From assembly GCA_036785375.1 (NCBI GenBank), contig JAWMAR010000424.1, forward strand, positions 496,001 to 560,000: 64,000 nucleotides of DNA, read 5' to 3'. The notes below the pieces were generated by a model that was not told the DNA's origin, did not search any database, and saw only the letters and a program-made list of their open reading frames with translations. Source of the DNA: Leucoraja ocellata (lineage: Eukaryota). Positions 25,701 through 40,700 of the stretch are shown one piece after another; the stretch's first letter is position 1; every line of letters begins with the position of its first letter. The translations under genes were made by a program, and so were the position numbers.

Positions 25701-28700
25701 GATAAGGGTGGGTTTCTAACATTGCCTAAGGATATTAATAAGCGGTTTGCCCAATTTTATCATAATTTATATACATCTAAAATAAAGACAGATGTAAGTA
25801 AAATTACAAATTTTTAAAATAATTTTTTAGATAATTGCAAGCTCCCAAAATTGGATAGTTTAGAACAAGAGCAAATAGGAGCACGGATTACTAGTGAAGA
25901 AATAAAACAAATAATAAACTCACTGACCCCAGGACCAGACGGTTTTAGTAATGAATTTTGTAAAAGATTTCAGGAGTCAATCGTACCAAGGTTATACAAT
26001 TTATACATGCAGGCTTATACTGAAAATAAACTACCAGAAACCTTAGCAGAAGCAACAATAACGCTTATACCAAAAAAAGATAAAGATTTAGATGAACCGG
26101 GTTCTTATAGAGCTATTTCACTTCTAAATACGGATCAGAAAATTTTAGCAAAGATTCTAGCTAGAAGGCTAAATAATTATATTAACAATTTAATAAATAC
26201 GGATCAAACAGGATTTATACCCAAAAGACAATCATTTAATAATTTGAGAAGGCTTTTCAATATAATGTACTCTCACAATGAGGACAATGAAGATATTTCA
26301 GTTGTCACGCTGGATGCAGAGAAGGCATTTGATCAAGTAGAATGGCAGTATTTATACAAGGTACTCCAAAAATTTAATACGGGAGAGAATTTTATTAGAT
26401 GGATTAAACTACTTTACGATAGACCTACGGCAAGAATATTAACTAACAATACGCTATCTCCAAAATGTTACTTATCAAGGGGTAATAGCCAAGGGTGTGC
26501 CTTATCACCATTGCTATTAGCCCTTATGATAGAACCGCTGGCCGAAAGGATTAGAAATCACCCGAATATTCACGGATATAACACCAAGGACTTAAAGAAT
26601 AAAATTTCATTATATGCCGATGATATCCTTTTATATATTACTAATACACAAACGAGTATACCCACCTTATTAACACTAATTGAGGAATTCGGCTCTTTTT
26701 CAGGATATAGAATAAATTGGAATAAAAGCGAGATTATGTCTTTAAAACCACAGAATTCGAGACACTTACTAAAATTTCCCTTCAAAATTGCAACAGAAAA
26801 ATTCAAGTAGCTGGGTATTCAAATTACGAGAAGACACAAATCATTATTTAGTGCCAATTTTATAGCACTATTAAATAAACTGAATGATACGATTAAATTT
26901 TGGAAAACGCTTCCGCTCTCATTGATAGGTAGAATTAACGCTATAAAAATGACTTTCTTACCACAATTAATATATTTGTTTCAAGCGATCCCAATATATA
27001 TCCCAAAATATTTTTTCAAAAAACTAGATTCCACCATCACTAATTTTATATGGGACTACAGAACACATAGAATTCAACGAAAGCATTTGTGCAAATCTAA
27101 AGAAGTTGGGGGTTTATCATTACCTAACTTTATGTATTACTACTGGGCAATGCATATTAAGAACATAATGTACTTGCTGGATAGTTCCACTCAGCAGTTG
27201 GAGTGGATAAGAATGGAGAAAGAGGAGTGCTATCCGCACGATATAGGAACGATCCTGCTCTCACCGATAAAATTGAATAGTATAATATATAAGAAGAACC
27301 CAATTATTCACAATATAATAAGAATTTGGAAACAAATAAAAGTATCCTTGAAATTAAATAATTTATCAGTACTAACCCCACTATTGAACAACCCCGCATT
27401 TAAACCTTCTCTCATCGACAACACATATCAACAATGGGATAGACTGGGGATTAGGAAAGTAGGGGATATGTATGAAGTGGGCAAACTGTTATCATTTCAA
27501 CTATTAAAATTTAAATTTAAATTGAAGGATAATCAATATTTTAAATATATACAGTTATGTGACTTTATGAAGAAATATACACATAGATTTCAAACTATAT
27601 TTTTAGACACTTTAGAAGAAGCAATGAATATTAAGGCTGATTCACAAAAATTAATATCATACTTTTATAATAATACTAGACGAAGTGCAGACCCGTTGGG
27701 TCTGCTCCCCCAATGGTGTGATCCCCAACCCAATATTCCACCATGCACCCGTCTCCTCCAACGGAACTGAGCCCGTTCCCAAATGTAAGATTCCAGCACT
27801 CCCCTGCCTCCCTAGCAGTGGATTGAAAACAAATTCCAATTGCACCTACCCTGCCTGCTGCAGCAGTTCCAATTGCAATACCAATTGGCCCTCCCCCTCC
27901 TGTTGAAGCACTTGCTGTGATATCCCATCGAGGTGAAAAGTTCAGAGTGTTCCTGTCTTGCAACTTTGTTTCGAAGTGTGTTGGAAGCTGATAGGAAGGA
28001 GCAGCGAATCAAAAGGAAGTAAGGCAGCCGGCAGCCGGACGGCAGGCGGCAGCCACAGACTTTTATATAATAACTAGACCAAGTGCAGACCCGTTGGGTC
28101 TGCTCCCCCAATGGTGTTTCCCCCAACCCAATATTCCACCATGCACCGTCTCCTCCAATGGAACTGAAGCCATTGCCAAATGTAAGTTTCCAGCACTCCC
28201 CTGCCTCCCTCAATTGCACCTCCCCTGCCTGCTGCAGCAGTGATAAGTTCAGTGTTCCTGTCTTGCAACTTTGTTTCGAAGTGTGTTGGAAGCTGATAGG
28301 AAGGAGCAGCGAATCAAAAGGCAGCCGGCAGCCGGACGGCAGGCAGCCACAGACTTTTATATAATAGATAGATAGATAGATAGATATTAAATGGAATAAT
28401 AGGAGAAGATACCAATTTAAATAAAGATCAAAATCTTTTTTTTAATTATGGGTTAATAATTGGGAAGAAATTGATACTTAAATTTTGGAAAAATACAACC
28501 ATACCAACTGTTAAAATGTGGATTAGGAATATGATGGACATAGCACGCCTTGAAGAAATGAGACTCCGACTAATAGATAAATATGACCAATTCTTAAGGA
28601 GTTGGTCTCCTTTCATCGACTTTTTGGAATCATGTGATGCAGCGGTACCGTAAAGATTGCTGATTTCAGTTCATGACGCGGATAGATCTACATCTCCGAA

Positions 28701-31700
28701 TACAGATTTGAAAAATTCTCTTTTAAGGGGCCTTCTCTTCTATTTTTACTTTCCACTTTCTCTCTTTCTTTTTTATTTTTTACATACACACTTCACGTTT
28801 TTCTACTCTCTACCATCTATTTTTCCACTTTTTCCTCTTTCTATTGTTTTCTTTTTCTTGTCTTGCTTACTTCCTTCTCATAACATAAAACTAGAGGTTG
28901 TACATAGAATGGATTACGGTATTACATAGTTGGCACCTAAAATTAGGTTCCACTGTACTGTTTTGTACTGTATTAACTTCTAATAAAATAAACAAAAAAA
29001 CCCCAAAAAAAAACCACCACCATTATATCTGCCTCCACCACCACCCCTGGCAGCGTGTTCCACGTTGTGTTTAACAATGAACTTTGCCCCTCACCTCTCC
29101 TTTAAACTTTGCCACTCTAATCTTAAAGCTATGCCCTCCAGTCTTTGACATTTTTACCTTGGGAAAAATATTCTGACTGCCTACCTTTTATCATGTATGT
29201 CTCGATGGGCCAAAGGGCCTGTTTCCACGTTGTACCTCTAAACTAAACTAAATCAGGACCGCTTTCTGGTTGGTAATAGGATGGTTCAGTTGCCTGATGA
29301 CAACTAATACATTAGTTATAGTAATACATTTACAATGGGGCGACTAGAACTGCACGCAATACTCCAACTGCGGCCTAACCAAAGTCTGCAGACCTGCAAC
29401 ATGACCTGAATGCTTTTAGGAGATTCTCTCATCAGTCAACTCAAAGTCACGGAAAATTCACACAGTAATGTAATATATTCTTGTTTTTGTGTATTTCTAC
29501 TAGTTGATTTGTTTGTTTTCTTTTCTCAAAGTGCCACCCAAGGTTTCAAACATCTTCAAACCCTCTTGCATCATTCACAATAAATCTGCATCTTTGATCT
29601 GTTCAATCACTGGGTTTAAACCGAGACCTTTACGTATCACGTGGCAACGAAAGAGAAAGAACATGGAGGCAGAAGAAATAGTTCGAATGGAGGCGGACAA
29701 CAGGACAACTATTCACGGTGGTGACGGGGCGATGTCCACATATAAACATTACATCAGTGAGATGAAGCATGATGATGAATCCTACAGCATCACTAGTGTA
29801 CTAGAGATAGTGCCTGATATACAGCAAGATCAAGACTCGCTTTACACCTGTAAAGTACATCACAGTGGCACCAGTGACCAGGAGAGAGAAATCAAGTTAA
29901 TGATTACAGGTATATAATACTTCCATCTAAGCCTTGCATTGACAGAGGATGCAGAGTGCTTACTCATTTGGAATGGTGTCTTAAATATCATACCACGACC
30001 ATTAATGTACGCAGAGCGTTTGAAGGGTCTGGGTCTGTACTCGCTGGAGTTTAGAAGGACGAGGGGGGGATCTCAATGAAACCTACTGAATAATGAAAGG
30101 CATGGATAGAGTGGATGCAGAAAAGATGTTTCCACTAATGTGAGAGTCCAGGACCAGACTCAGAGTAAAAGGATGTACCTTTAGAATGGAGATGAGGAGG
30201 AATTTCTTTAGTCAGAGGTTGGTGACTCGGTGGAGTTCATTGCTACAGACAGCTGTGGAAGACAAGTCATTAGGTTTTTCAAAGTGGACATTTATAGGTT
30301 CTTGATTAGTAAGAGTGTCAAAGGTTATGGGGAGAAGGCAGGAGAATGGGGTTGAGAGGGAAAAATAGATCTACCATGATTGAATGGAAAAGTAGACTAG
30401 ATGGGCCGAATGGCCTAATTGTGCTCCAATAACTTATGAGTGTATGAATTATCTAATGATATAGAACGTAGAACAGTACGGCACAACCGCCCGACACACA
30501 ATGTCTGACCAACACTCATATGCCTGCACATAATCCATATCCCTCCATATCCATGTGCCTATCCAAAAGTCTATTAAATGCCACTATCCTTTCTGCCTCA
30601 ACCACCATCCCCGGTAACGCGTTCCAGACACTCACCCCCTTCTATATTAAAAAAAAATTGACCCACACATCTTCTTTAAAATTTGCCCCTCTCACCTTAA
30701 AACTATGGCCTCTAGTATTTGATTTTTCTATCCTTTTATTTCCAGACAGAGGCTCTGACTGTCTACCCTATCTATGCCTCTCCTGATTTTATGTACCTCT
30801 ATCAGGTCTCAGACCTTTTTGACCACCCGATCTACCTGCAATTCCACCTTCAAGGAACCTTGCACCTGAACTCCTACATCCCTCTACTCTACAACACTCC
30901 CCAGAGCCCTACCATTCACTGTGTTGGTCCTGCCCATGTTAGACTTCCCAAAATGCAACATCCTACATTCTCTGTATTAAATTCCATCAACCATTCCTCA
31001 GCCCACCTGGCCAATCGATCCAGATCCAGCTGCAATTCTTCACAACAATTTTCACTAACTGCAAAACCACCCATTTTTTTTAACCTTATGTTTCTGCCGA
31101 CAAGTATAGATTCCTTAATTTATTTTCTAGCATTAACCTTAGAACTATAATCTGCACTCTGTATCTTCCCCTTAGTTCTATCTATTGTACTTGAATTTGA
31201 ATTGATTGGGTTTATGCCTGGTACTGATCTGATCTGATCTGGTGGAATTGCCTGCAAAGCAAAGCTTTTCACTGTACCTGCACATGTGACAATAATACAC
31301 CTGAACCTACACCACGTGATTTTACTAGAATAAGACCTTCTGCTATGAGACACAAGCGCAGATGCCGAATTGTTTCAATTTATATTCCCTGGGTTGACAG
31401 AGAGACATTTTGTCCAGTGTGAATATCCCAGAATTGTTCATTCTGAAGTCTAGTAAACATTTGGCTTGTAGCAGGGATGGGATTAGAGGGAATTTGATGT
31501 CTAGAGTGATGTATTTAACTAAAAAACAGTTGTACGTAACTTGTGATGCAGCAACATGCAGATCTTTAGTCGGGTCAGGCTTCTCTTAGAGTCATAGAAT
31601 CATAGAATCATAGAGTGATACAGTGTGGAAATAGGCCCTTCGGCCCAACTTGCCCACACCGGCCAACATGTCCCAGCTCCACTAGTCCCACCTGCCAGCA

Positions 31701-34700
31701 TTTGGTCCATATAAGGTTCATTTATTGTCACATATACCAATTAGTGTAGTGAAATTCAAGTTACCATTGCAGCACATTAATAAGAATATAATATAACATT
31801 ATAAAGAAATTTAACATAAAACATAAAAGCATCCCCCCCACATTGGTTCTCACTGTGAGGGAAGGCACAAAGACCAGTCCCCATCCCCATGGTCGGCGAC
31901 CCGCGCAAGCCATCGCCCGCTCCGCGATAGCGCTCCAGCGCTGTGCCGCCGCCGAAGCCGTGGCCGGTCCCCTCAGGAAACGCCGCTCCAAACCCGATGG
32001 TAGGCCGCGAGGACGGGTCGGAGGAAAGCTGCCTCTCCAACCAGGTAGGGACTGAGAAATACAGTTTCACCCGCCCCCCCCCCATACTTAAAAGAATAGA
32101 CCTTCAAACAAAAACATTTTTTAACGAACTAAACATTTTTTAAAGGAGTGATAGGACGGACAGCTGCAGGCAGGGCAGCCACACCCAACTGGACGGCCCC
32201 CCCAATATCCCTCCAAACCTGTCCTATCCATGTGCCTGTCTAACTGCTTCTTAAGTGTTGGGATAGTCCCTGCCTCAACTACGTCCTCTGCCAGCTTGTT
32301 GCATACACCCACCTCCCTTAGTGTGAAAAGTCACCCCTCCGATTCCTGTTAAATCTTTTCCCCTTAACCGTATACCTGTCCTCAGGTCCTCGATTCCCCT
32401 ACTTTGGGAACGAAACTGCATCTACCCGATCTATTCCTCTCATGATTTCATACACCTTTATAAGATCACACCTCATTCTCCTGCACACCAAGGAATAGTC
32501 CCAGCCTACTCTCCCTTTAGCTCTGACCCTCTATTCCTGGAAACATCCTCGTAGAATTTTCTCTTTGCCATTGTGTAGGAAGGAACTGCAGGTGCTGTTA
32601 TAAACCGAAGATAGACTGAAGAAGGGTCTTCGACTTTGAATCAGTCTTCACTAAAGAGGACACAAACAATCTCTCTGATGTACTAGTAGATCTAGGGTGA
32701 CGAAGGAACTGAAGGAAATGCACATTAGGCAGGAAATGGTGTTGGGCAGACTGATGGGACTGAAGACTGATGAATCCCCAGGGCCTGGACTTTCAGCATT
32801 CCAGGGTACTTAAGGAGGTGGCTCTGGAAATTGTAGACGCATTGGTGATCATTTTCCAATGTTCTATAGATTCAGGATCAGTTCCTGTGGATTGGAGGGT
32901 AGCTAATGTTATCCCACTTTTTAAGAAAGGCGGGAGAGAGAAAACAGGGAATTATAGACCAGTTAGCCTGACATCGGTGGTGGGGAAGTTGCTGGAGTCA
33001 ATTATTAAAGATGAAATAGTGGCACATTTGGATAGCAGTAACAGGATCGGTCCGAGTCAGCATGGATTTACGAAGGGGAATTCATGCTTGACTAATCTTC
33101 TGGAATTTTTTGAGGATGTAACTAGGAAAATGGACAAGGGAGAGCCAGTGGATGTAATGTACCTGGACTTTCAGAAAGCATTTGATGAGGTCCCACATAG
33201 GAGATTAGTGGGAAAAATGAGAGCACATGGTATTGGGAGTAGTGTGCTGACATGGATAGAAAATTGGTTGGCAGACAGGAAACAAAGAGTAGGGATCCTT
33301 TCAGAATGGCTGGCAGTGACAAGTAAGATACCGCAGCTATTTACAAAATACAATAATGATCTAGATGAAGGGATTAAAAGTAACATTAGCAAATTTGCAG
33401 ATGACACAAAGCTGGGTGACAGTGTGAACTGTGAAGAGGATGCCATGAGGATGCAGGGAGACTTGGACAGGTTGGGTCAGTGGGCAGATGCATGGCAGAT
33501 GCAGTTTAATGTGGATAAATGTGACCTTATCCAGTTTGGTGGCAAAAACAGGAAGGCAGATTATCATCTAAATGGTGTCAACTTGGGAAAAGGGGAAGTA
33601 CAACGGGATCTGGGGGTCCTTGTTCATCAGTCACTGAAAGTAAGCATGTAGGTACAGCAGGCAGTGAAGAAAGCAAATGGCATGTTGGCCTTCATAACGA
33701 GGAGTTGAGTGTAGGGGCAAAGAGGTCTGTCTGCAGTTGTACAAGGGCCTAGTGAGACCGCACCTGGCGTATTGTGTGCAGTTTTGGTCTCCAAATCTGA
33801 GGAAGGACATTCTTGCTATTGAGGGAGTGCAGCGTAGGTTTACCAGATTAATTCCTGGGATGGCGGGAGTGTCGTGTTGACAGAATGGTGCAGATGAGCT
33901 TGTAACTGTGCCTCAGAAGGCGGCGGAGACCAGTTCTCTGGAGGCTTTCAAGAGAGAGTTAAATGGAGCTCTTAAAGATAGCCGAGTCACGAGATATGGA
34001 GAGGGCAGGAACAGGGTACTGATTGTGGATGATCAGCCATGATCACATTGAATGGCGGTGCAGGCTTGAAGGGCCAAATGGCCTACTCCTGCACCTATTG
34101 TCCATTGACCCGAAACATCACGCATTCCTTCTCTCCGGAGATGCCGCCTGTCCCGCTGAGTTACTCCAGCTTTTTGTGTCTATCTTCTATTTACCATTTC
34201 CATCTTAACAATATCTTTCCTCTAGCATGGTGTCCATAACTAAACACAATAATCGAAATGCGGCTTCACCAACGTCTTATACAACTGCAACATGACCTAA
34301 CCCCTCAATACTCAAACTGATCAAGGCCAATTTGCTAAAGGCATTTTTGACCTCCCGATCGACCTCTGACCCTACCTTCAAAGGACCATGCACCTTTACT
34401 CCTAGATCCCTCTGCTCTACAACACTCCCCAGAGCCCTGCCATTCACTGTGTCGGTCCTGCCCATGTTAGACTTCTCAAGATGCAACACCTCACACTTCT
34501 CTGTATTAAATTTCATCAACCATACCTCAGCCCACCAGGTGCAGTAGTAGGCTATTCGGCCCTTCGAGACAGCACCGCCATTTAATATGATCATGGTTGA
34601 TCATCCAAAATCAATACCCCGTACTTGCTTTTTCCCAATATCCCTTGATTCACTTAGCCCTAAGAGTTAAATCTAATTCTCTCTTGAAAACATCCAGTGA

Positions 34701-37700
34701 ATTGGCCTCCACTGCCTGGCAGAGAATTCCAAAGAATCACAACTCTCTGGGTGAAAATGTTTTTCGTTCATCCCAGTCCTAAATGGCCTACCCTTATTCT
34801 TAAACTGTGACCTCTGGTTCTGGACTCCTCCAACTACCCCAACATTGGGAACATTTTCCCTGGATCTATCCTGTCCAATCCTCTAAGAATTTTACATGTT
34901 TCTATCAGATATCTTCTCATCCTAAATTCCAGTGAATACCATATAACAATTACAGCACGGAAACAGGCCATCTCGGCCCTACAAGTCCGTGCCGAACAAC
35001 TTTTTTCCCTTAGTCCCACCTGCCTGCACTCATATCATAACTCTCCATTCTCTTCTCATCCATATGCCTATCCAATTTATTTTTAAATGATAAAAACGAA
35101 CCTGCCGCCACCACTTCCGCTGGAAGCTCATTCCACACCGATACCACTCTGAGTAAAGAAGTTCCCCCTCATGTTACCCCTAAACTTCTGTCCCTTAATT
35201 CTGAAGTCATGTCCTCTTGTTTGAATATTCCCTATTCTCAAAGGGAAAAGCTTGTCCACATTAACTCTGTCTATCCCTCTCATCATTTTAAAGACCTCTA
35301 TCAAGTCCCCCCTTAACCTTCTGCGCTCCAGAGAATAAAGACCTAAAGACTTCTATAATACAAACACAGTAGACCCATTCTTTCATCATCTGTCAGTGCC
35401 GCCATCCCAGGAATTAACATGGTGAACCTATACTGCACTCCCTAAATAGCAATATTGTCCTTCCTCAAATTAGGGGACCTAATTTCCACACAATACTCCA
35501 GGTGCGGTCTCACCAGGTCCTTGCACCTAAACTCAAATCATGTTGACCTTCACAGCAAGAGGATTCTTCACTGCCTGCTGTACCTACATGCTGACTTTCA
35601 GTGCACACCCAGGTCTTGTTGCACCTCCCCTTGTCCTAATCTGACGCCATTCAGATAATAATCTGCCTTCCTGCTCTTACCACCAAAGTGGATAACCTCA
35701 CATTTATCCACATTACACTTCTTAAACTGTGACCCCTGGTTCTGGACTCCTCCAACTACCCCAACATTGGGAACATTTTCCCATGATATACCCACTCACC
35801 CAACATATCCAAGTCAACCTGCAGATTTATAGTATCCTCCTCTCAGCTCACACTGCCACCTAGCTTTGTGTCATCCACAAACTTGGAGATGTTACATTTA
35901 ATTCATTTGTCTAAATTGTTAATATATATTGTAAATAACTGGGTTCCCAGCACTGAGCCATTCAGCACCCCACTAGTCACTGCCTGCCATTCTGAAATGG
36001 ATCTGTTAATTCCTACTCTTTGCTTCCTGTCTGCCAACCAGTTCTCTATCCATGTCAGTACCCTACCCCCAATACCATGTGCTCTAATTGTGCACACTAA
36101 TCTCTAGTGTGGGTGGCTTGTCAAATACTTTTTGACAGTCCAGATTTACTACATCCACTGGCTCTTCCTTATCCATTCTATTTGTTACATCCTCAAAAAA
36201 TTCCAGATTAGTTAAGCATAATTTCTCCTTCATAAATCCATGCTGACTTTGACCGATCCTGTCACTGCTTTCCAAATGCTCTGCTATTACATCTTGAATA
36301 ATCGACTCCAGCATCTTCACCACTACCGATGTGAGGCTAACTGGTCTATAATTCCCTCTTTTATTCCTCCCTCCTTTCTTAAAAAGCGGGGTTGCATTGG
36401 CTACCCTCCAGTCCACAGGAACTGATCCAGAGTCTATAGAACATTGGAAAATGATCACCAATGCATGTACGATTTCTAGGGCCACCTCCTTGAGTACTCT
36501 GATATGTAGACCATCAGGCCATGGGGATTTATCTGCCTTCACTCCCAATAGTTTATCTAACACCATTTTCTGACTAATTCCCTTCAGTTCCGCCCTCCCA
36601 CTAGATCCTCGGTCCCCTCTCTATTGTCAACCCTGTAGGTATAATTTGTCAGTCTATTCTAGCCAATTCCCGTCTCATAAAGTAAAGTATAAAGTATCCT
36701 TTATTGCCGTTCAAACTGTCTCCAGTTTGAACGAAATTGCATAGCTTGCAGTCATAACAGAGAATAAAACTACAGAACACACAATGAACACAGTTTAACA
36801 TCCACCACAGTGAGTCGACCAGGCACCTCCTCACTGTGATGGGAGGCAAAAGTCTTAAAGTCCTTGTCACTTCCTTCCTTGTTCTCTCTGTGCGTTGAGG
36901 TGATCCAGGCTTTCGATGTTGGGCCCCCCGCCGGGTGATGGTAAGTTCCGCGGCTGAATCTGTGCTCCGAGAACGGGCCGGTTCAAACTCCGCTGCTCAG
37001 GGTGGATGAAGCTGCCACCCTCCAGTCCAGCAGACAAAGCTGTTGTTGCGGGAGCTCCGGAGAATCAGTCACCTACTTGTGACCTGCGAGCTCCCGACGT
37101 TGTCGTCCACTGGGCCCGCGGCCGAAGCCTCCGAGGCCCCGAAGTCGGTTCGCAGCCGCCGCGGCGCCACCACAGCCCCGAGGTCAGTCAGATTTGCGTT
37201 GGATTACTAACTAATCCTTCCTCATTACACAATACCCAGTTTAGGATTGCCTGCCCTCTAGTCAGTCGAAAGATTCTAGGGGGAAAAAAGGCGACATTGG
37301 CTGACAAGGACAGCATAAAACTAAAAGCGAAGGCATATAACATTGCAAAGATTCATGCAAAGCCAGGGGATTAGGAAGCTTTTCAGGGACCACAGAGGGT
37401 AACAAAGAATGCAGTATGGGGAGAAAAGATGAAATCCAAAGGTAAGCTAGTCAATAATATTAAACAGGATAGCAAGAATTTCTTCAGTTCTATAGAGAGT
37501 AAGAAAGAGGCAAGAGTGGACGTTGGACTGCTGGAGAATAATGCCGGTGAAGTGATAATGGGGAATATAGAAATGGCCGAGTAGTTGAACAACATTTTGC
37601 GTCAGTCTTCAGTGGAAGACAGCAGCAACGTGCCTGAAATTCAAGAGAGTCAGGGGGTGGAAGTTAGTGGAGTGGCTATTACTAGGGAGAAGGTGCTTGG

Positions 37701-40700
37701 GAAGCTGAAAGGGCTGAAGGTGGATAGGTCACCTGGGCTGATGGACTGCACCCTAGGGTTCTGAAACAGGTGGCTTTGGAGATTGTGGACACATTGACAG
37801 TGGTATTTCAAGAATCACTAGAGACTGGAGCGGTTCCAGATTATTTGAAAATTGCCAATATTACCCCGCTGCACAAGAAGGGAGCAAAGCCATGGGCGGA
37901 AATGCTGAGGGGGATGGGGGCTCACACCCCCCCCCATGCTTTGAGAGGTGGGGGACAATCCCCCCCATGTTTTGTAATCCGGACTTAATCAGACGCTTTC
38001 TAAGGGCTAAATCGGCCCATTCGCAGGGCCTTTCAGGGCCCGTCGCAACTTAAAATCAAACTGCTGCATCGAGGCTCCCGATGAAAAGCCCCGCGAACGG
38101 GCCGATTCAAGCCCCACGATTCGGGGCGGGCGAAGCTGCTGTTGCTGGAGTTAGGAGTCGGTCACCAACCAGGTCAGCTTCCGATGTTACCGTCCACAGG
38201 GCCCACAGCCGAAGCCTCGTGTGTGTGTGTGTCCATGAGCGCGTGTGTGTGCGCTTGCACGCGCGCGGCCGCCAAGACATTGTGCTCCTCGCATGTTTTG
38301 ATTGTGATTTTCGTGTGTGGGAGCAGAATATAGGGAACTATAGGCCGGTTAGTCTGTCTTTGGTGGTTGCTAAGATTTTAGAATCCATTCTAAAGGATGA
38401 GGTTATGGAGATAAAATAGGCTGAAGTCAGCATGGCTCAGTGAAGGGAAGATCTTGCCTGACAAATTTGCTGGAATTCTTTGAAGAAGCAAATAGCAGGA
38501 CAGACAAAAGAGAGTCAGTCAACGTTGTTTACCTAGATTTTCAGAGAGCCTTTGATAAGGAGCCTCTAAGGAAGATGTTATCAATGGGCAGATACTAGCA
38601 TGTACAGCAGGTTGGCTGGATAGCAGAAGACAAAGGGAGGCAATAAAGTTTGCATATGATATAAAAGTAGGTGGGAGGGCAGGAAATATAGAGAAAGCAG
38701 GGACTCTGCAGAAGGACTTAGAAAGGCTGGGAGAGTGGGCAGAGAAGGGACAGAAGGAATATAGTGTAGCAAAGTTAGGAGTCATGCATTTTGGTAGTAG
38801 GAATAAAGGCGTAGACTATTTTCTAAATGGGGAAATAATCCATAAATCAGAGGTGCAAAGGGACTTGGGAACTGGTGCAGGATTCCCAAAAGATTTATCT
38901 GCAACTCGAATCGTTAGTAAAGAAAGCAAACGCAAAACTAGCATTTATTTTGAGGGGGTTTGTATACAAAAACAGGGATGTACTGGTGAGGCTCTATAAG
39001 GCACAGGTAAAGCCACATTTAGAATATTGTGAGCAATATGGGCACCATATCTGAGGAGGTGCTGGCTCTGGAGAGAGTCCAGAGGAGTTTTACAAGAATG
39101 ATCACAGGACTGAGTAGGTTAACCTATGGTGAGTGTTTGACGGCACTGGGCCTGTACTCCGTGGAGTTTAGAGGAATGAGGGGGGACCTCATTGAAACAT
39201 ACAGAATAGTGAAAGGCTTGGATAGAGTGGATGTGGAGAGGATGTTTCCACTAGTGGGAGAGTCTAGGACTAGAGTTCATAGCCTCAGAATTAAAGGATG
39301 TTCTTTTAGGAAGGATATGAGGAGAAATGTCTTTAGTCAGAGGGTGGTGAATGTGTGGAATTATTTGCCACAGACGGCTGTTTGTGAACACATCTCTTTT
39401 AAACTCTGCCCCTCTCATCTTAAATCTGTGGCCTCTCATATTTGATGTTTTCCATGCTGGGAAAAGGCCTCTGACTGTCCACTCTATTCATGCCTCTATT
39501 AATTTTATATATTTCTATCGGGACAATTCACAAAGATGTTGAATTTTCTGTGTGGAACTCCACACATTCAAGTTCAGTGGTTGCTCTTTGTGTGATCTCC
39601 TCTTTAAAATCTTGTTTTCTACCTGCAAGTGGAGATCTTTTTAATCTTGTTTTTCTTCCTGTAGGTATAGAACTATATTCTGCACTCTGTATCTTCCCCT
39701 TTGTTCTGTGATTGATCCCTGGGACGGCGGGACTGTCATATGAGGAAAGATTGAAAAGACTAGGCTTGTATTCATTGGAGTTTAGAAGGATGAGGGAGGA
39801 TCTTATAGAAACATATAAAATTATAAAAGGACTGGACAAGCTAGATGCAGGAAAAATGTTCCCAATGGTGGGCGAGTCCAGAACCAGGGGCCACAGTCTT
39901 AGAATAAAGGGGAGGTCATTTAAGACTGAGGTGAGAAGAAACATTTTCACCCAGAGTTGTGAATTTATGGAATTCCCTGCCACAGAGGGCAGTGGAGGCC
40001 AAGTCACTGGATGGATTTTAGAGAGGGTCAGATAGAGCTCTAGGGGCTTGTGGAGTCAAGGGATATGGGGAGAAGGCAGGCACGCGTTATTGATAGGGAA
40101 CGATCAGCCATGATCACAATGAATGGCGGTGCTGGCTCGAAGCGCCGAATGGCCTCCTCCTGCACCTATTTTCTATGTTTCTATCTATTGTATTTGAGTG
40201 TGACTTGATTGTATTTATGGCTGGTACACCTGATCTGGTTGGATTGCTGCAAAACAAAGCTTTTCACTGTACATGTGACAATAATAAACCTGCAGCTAAA
40301 CCACGTGATTTTACTTGAATAAGATCTTCTGCCATGAGACACAAGCACACTTGCTGAATTGTTTCAATCTATATTCCCTGGGTTGACAGAGAGACATTTT
40401 GTCCAGTGTGAATAGCCCAGAATTGTTCATTCTGAAGTCTAGTAAACATTTGACTTGTAGCAGGGACGGGATAGTCAGAGTGATACAGTGTGGAGACAGG
40501 CTCCACCGCCCAACTTGCACACACTGGCCAACATGTCCCAGCTACACTAGTCACATGTCCCAGCTACTCTGCCCGTGTTTGGTCCATATCCCTCCAAACC
40601 TGTCCAATCCATGTACCTGTCTAGCTGTTTCTTCAACGTTTTATAGTCCCAGCCTCTACCTCATCTGGCAGCTTGTTCCATACATCCACCACCTTTTGTG

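Noticed and set aside
27657-28364. Cys-rich duplicated ORFs (MQTRWVCSPNG..)
   Set aside because: Incidental translations of the two non-autonomous Helitron copies.
16393-29909. Immunoglobulin, IgNAR, TCR or tapasin locus
   Set aside because: The V exon includes its own G strand and splices directly, with no RSS or J segments seen; its motifs match B7-H6 better than tapasin.
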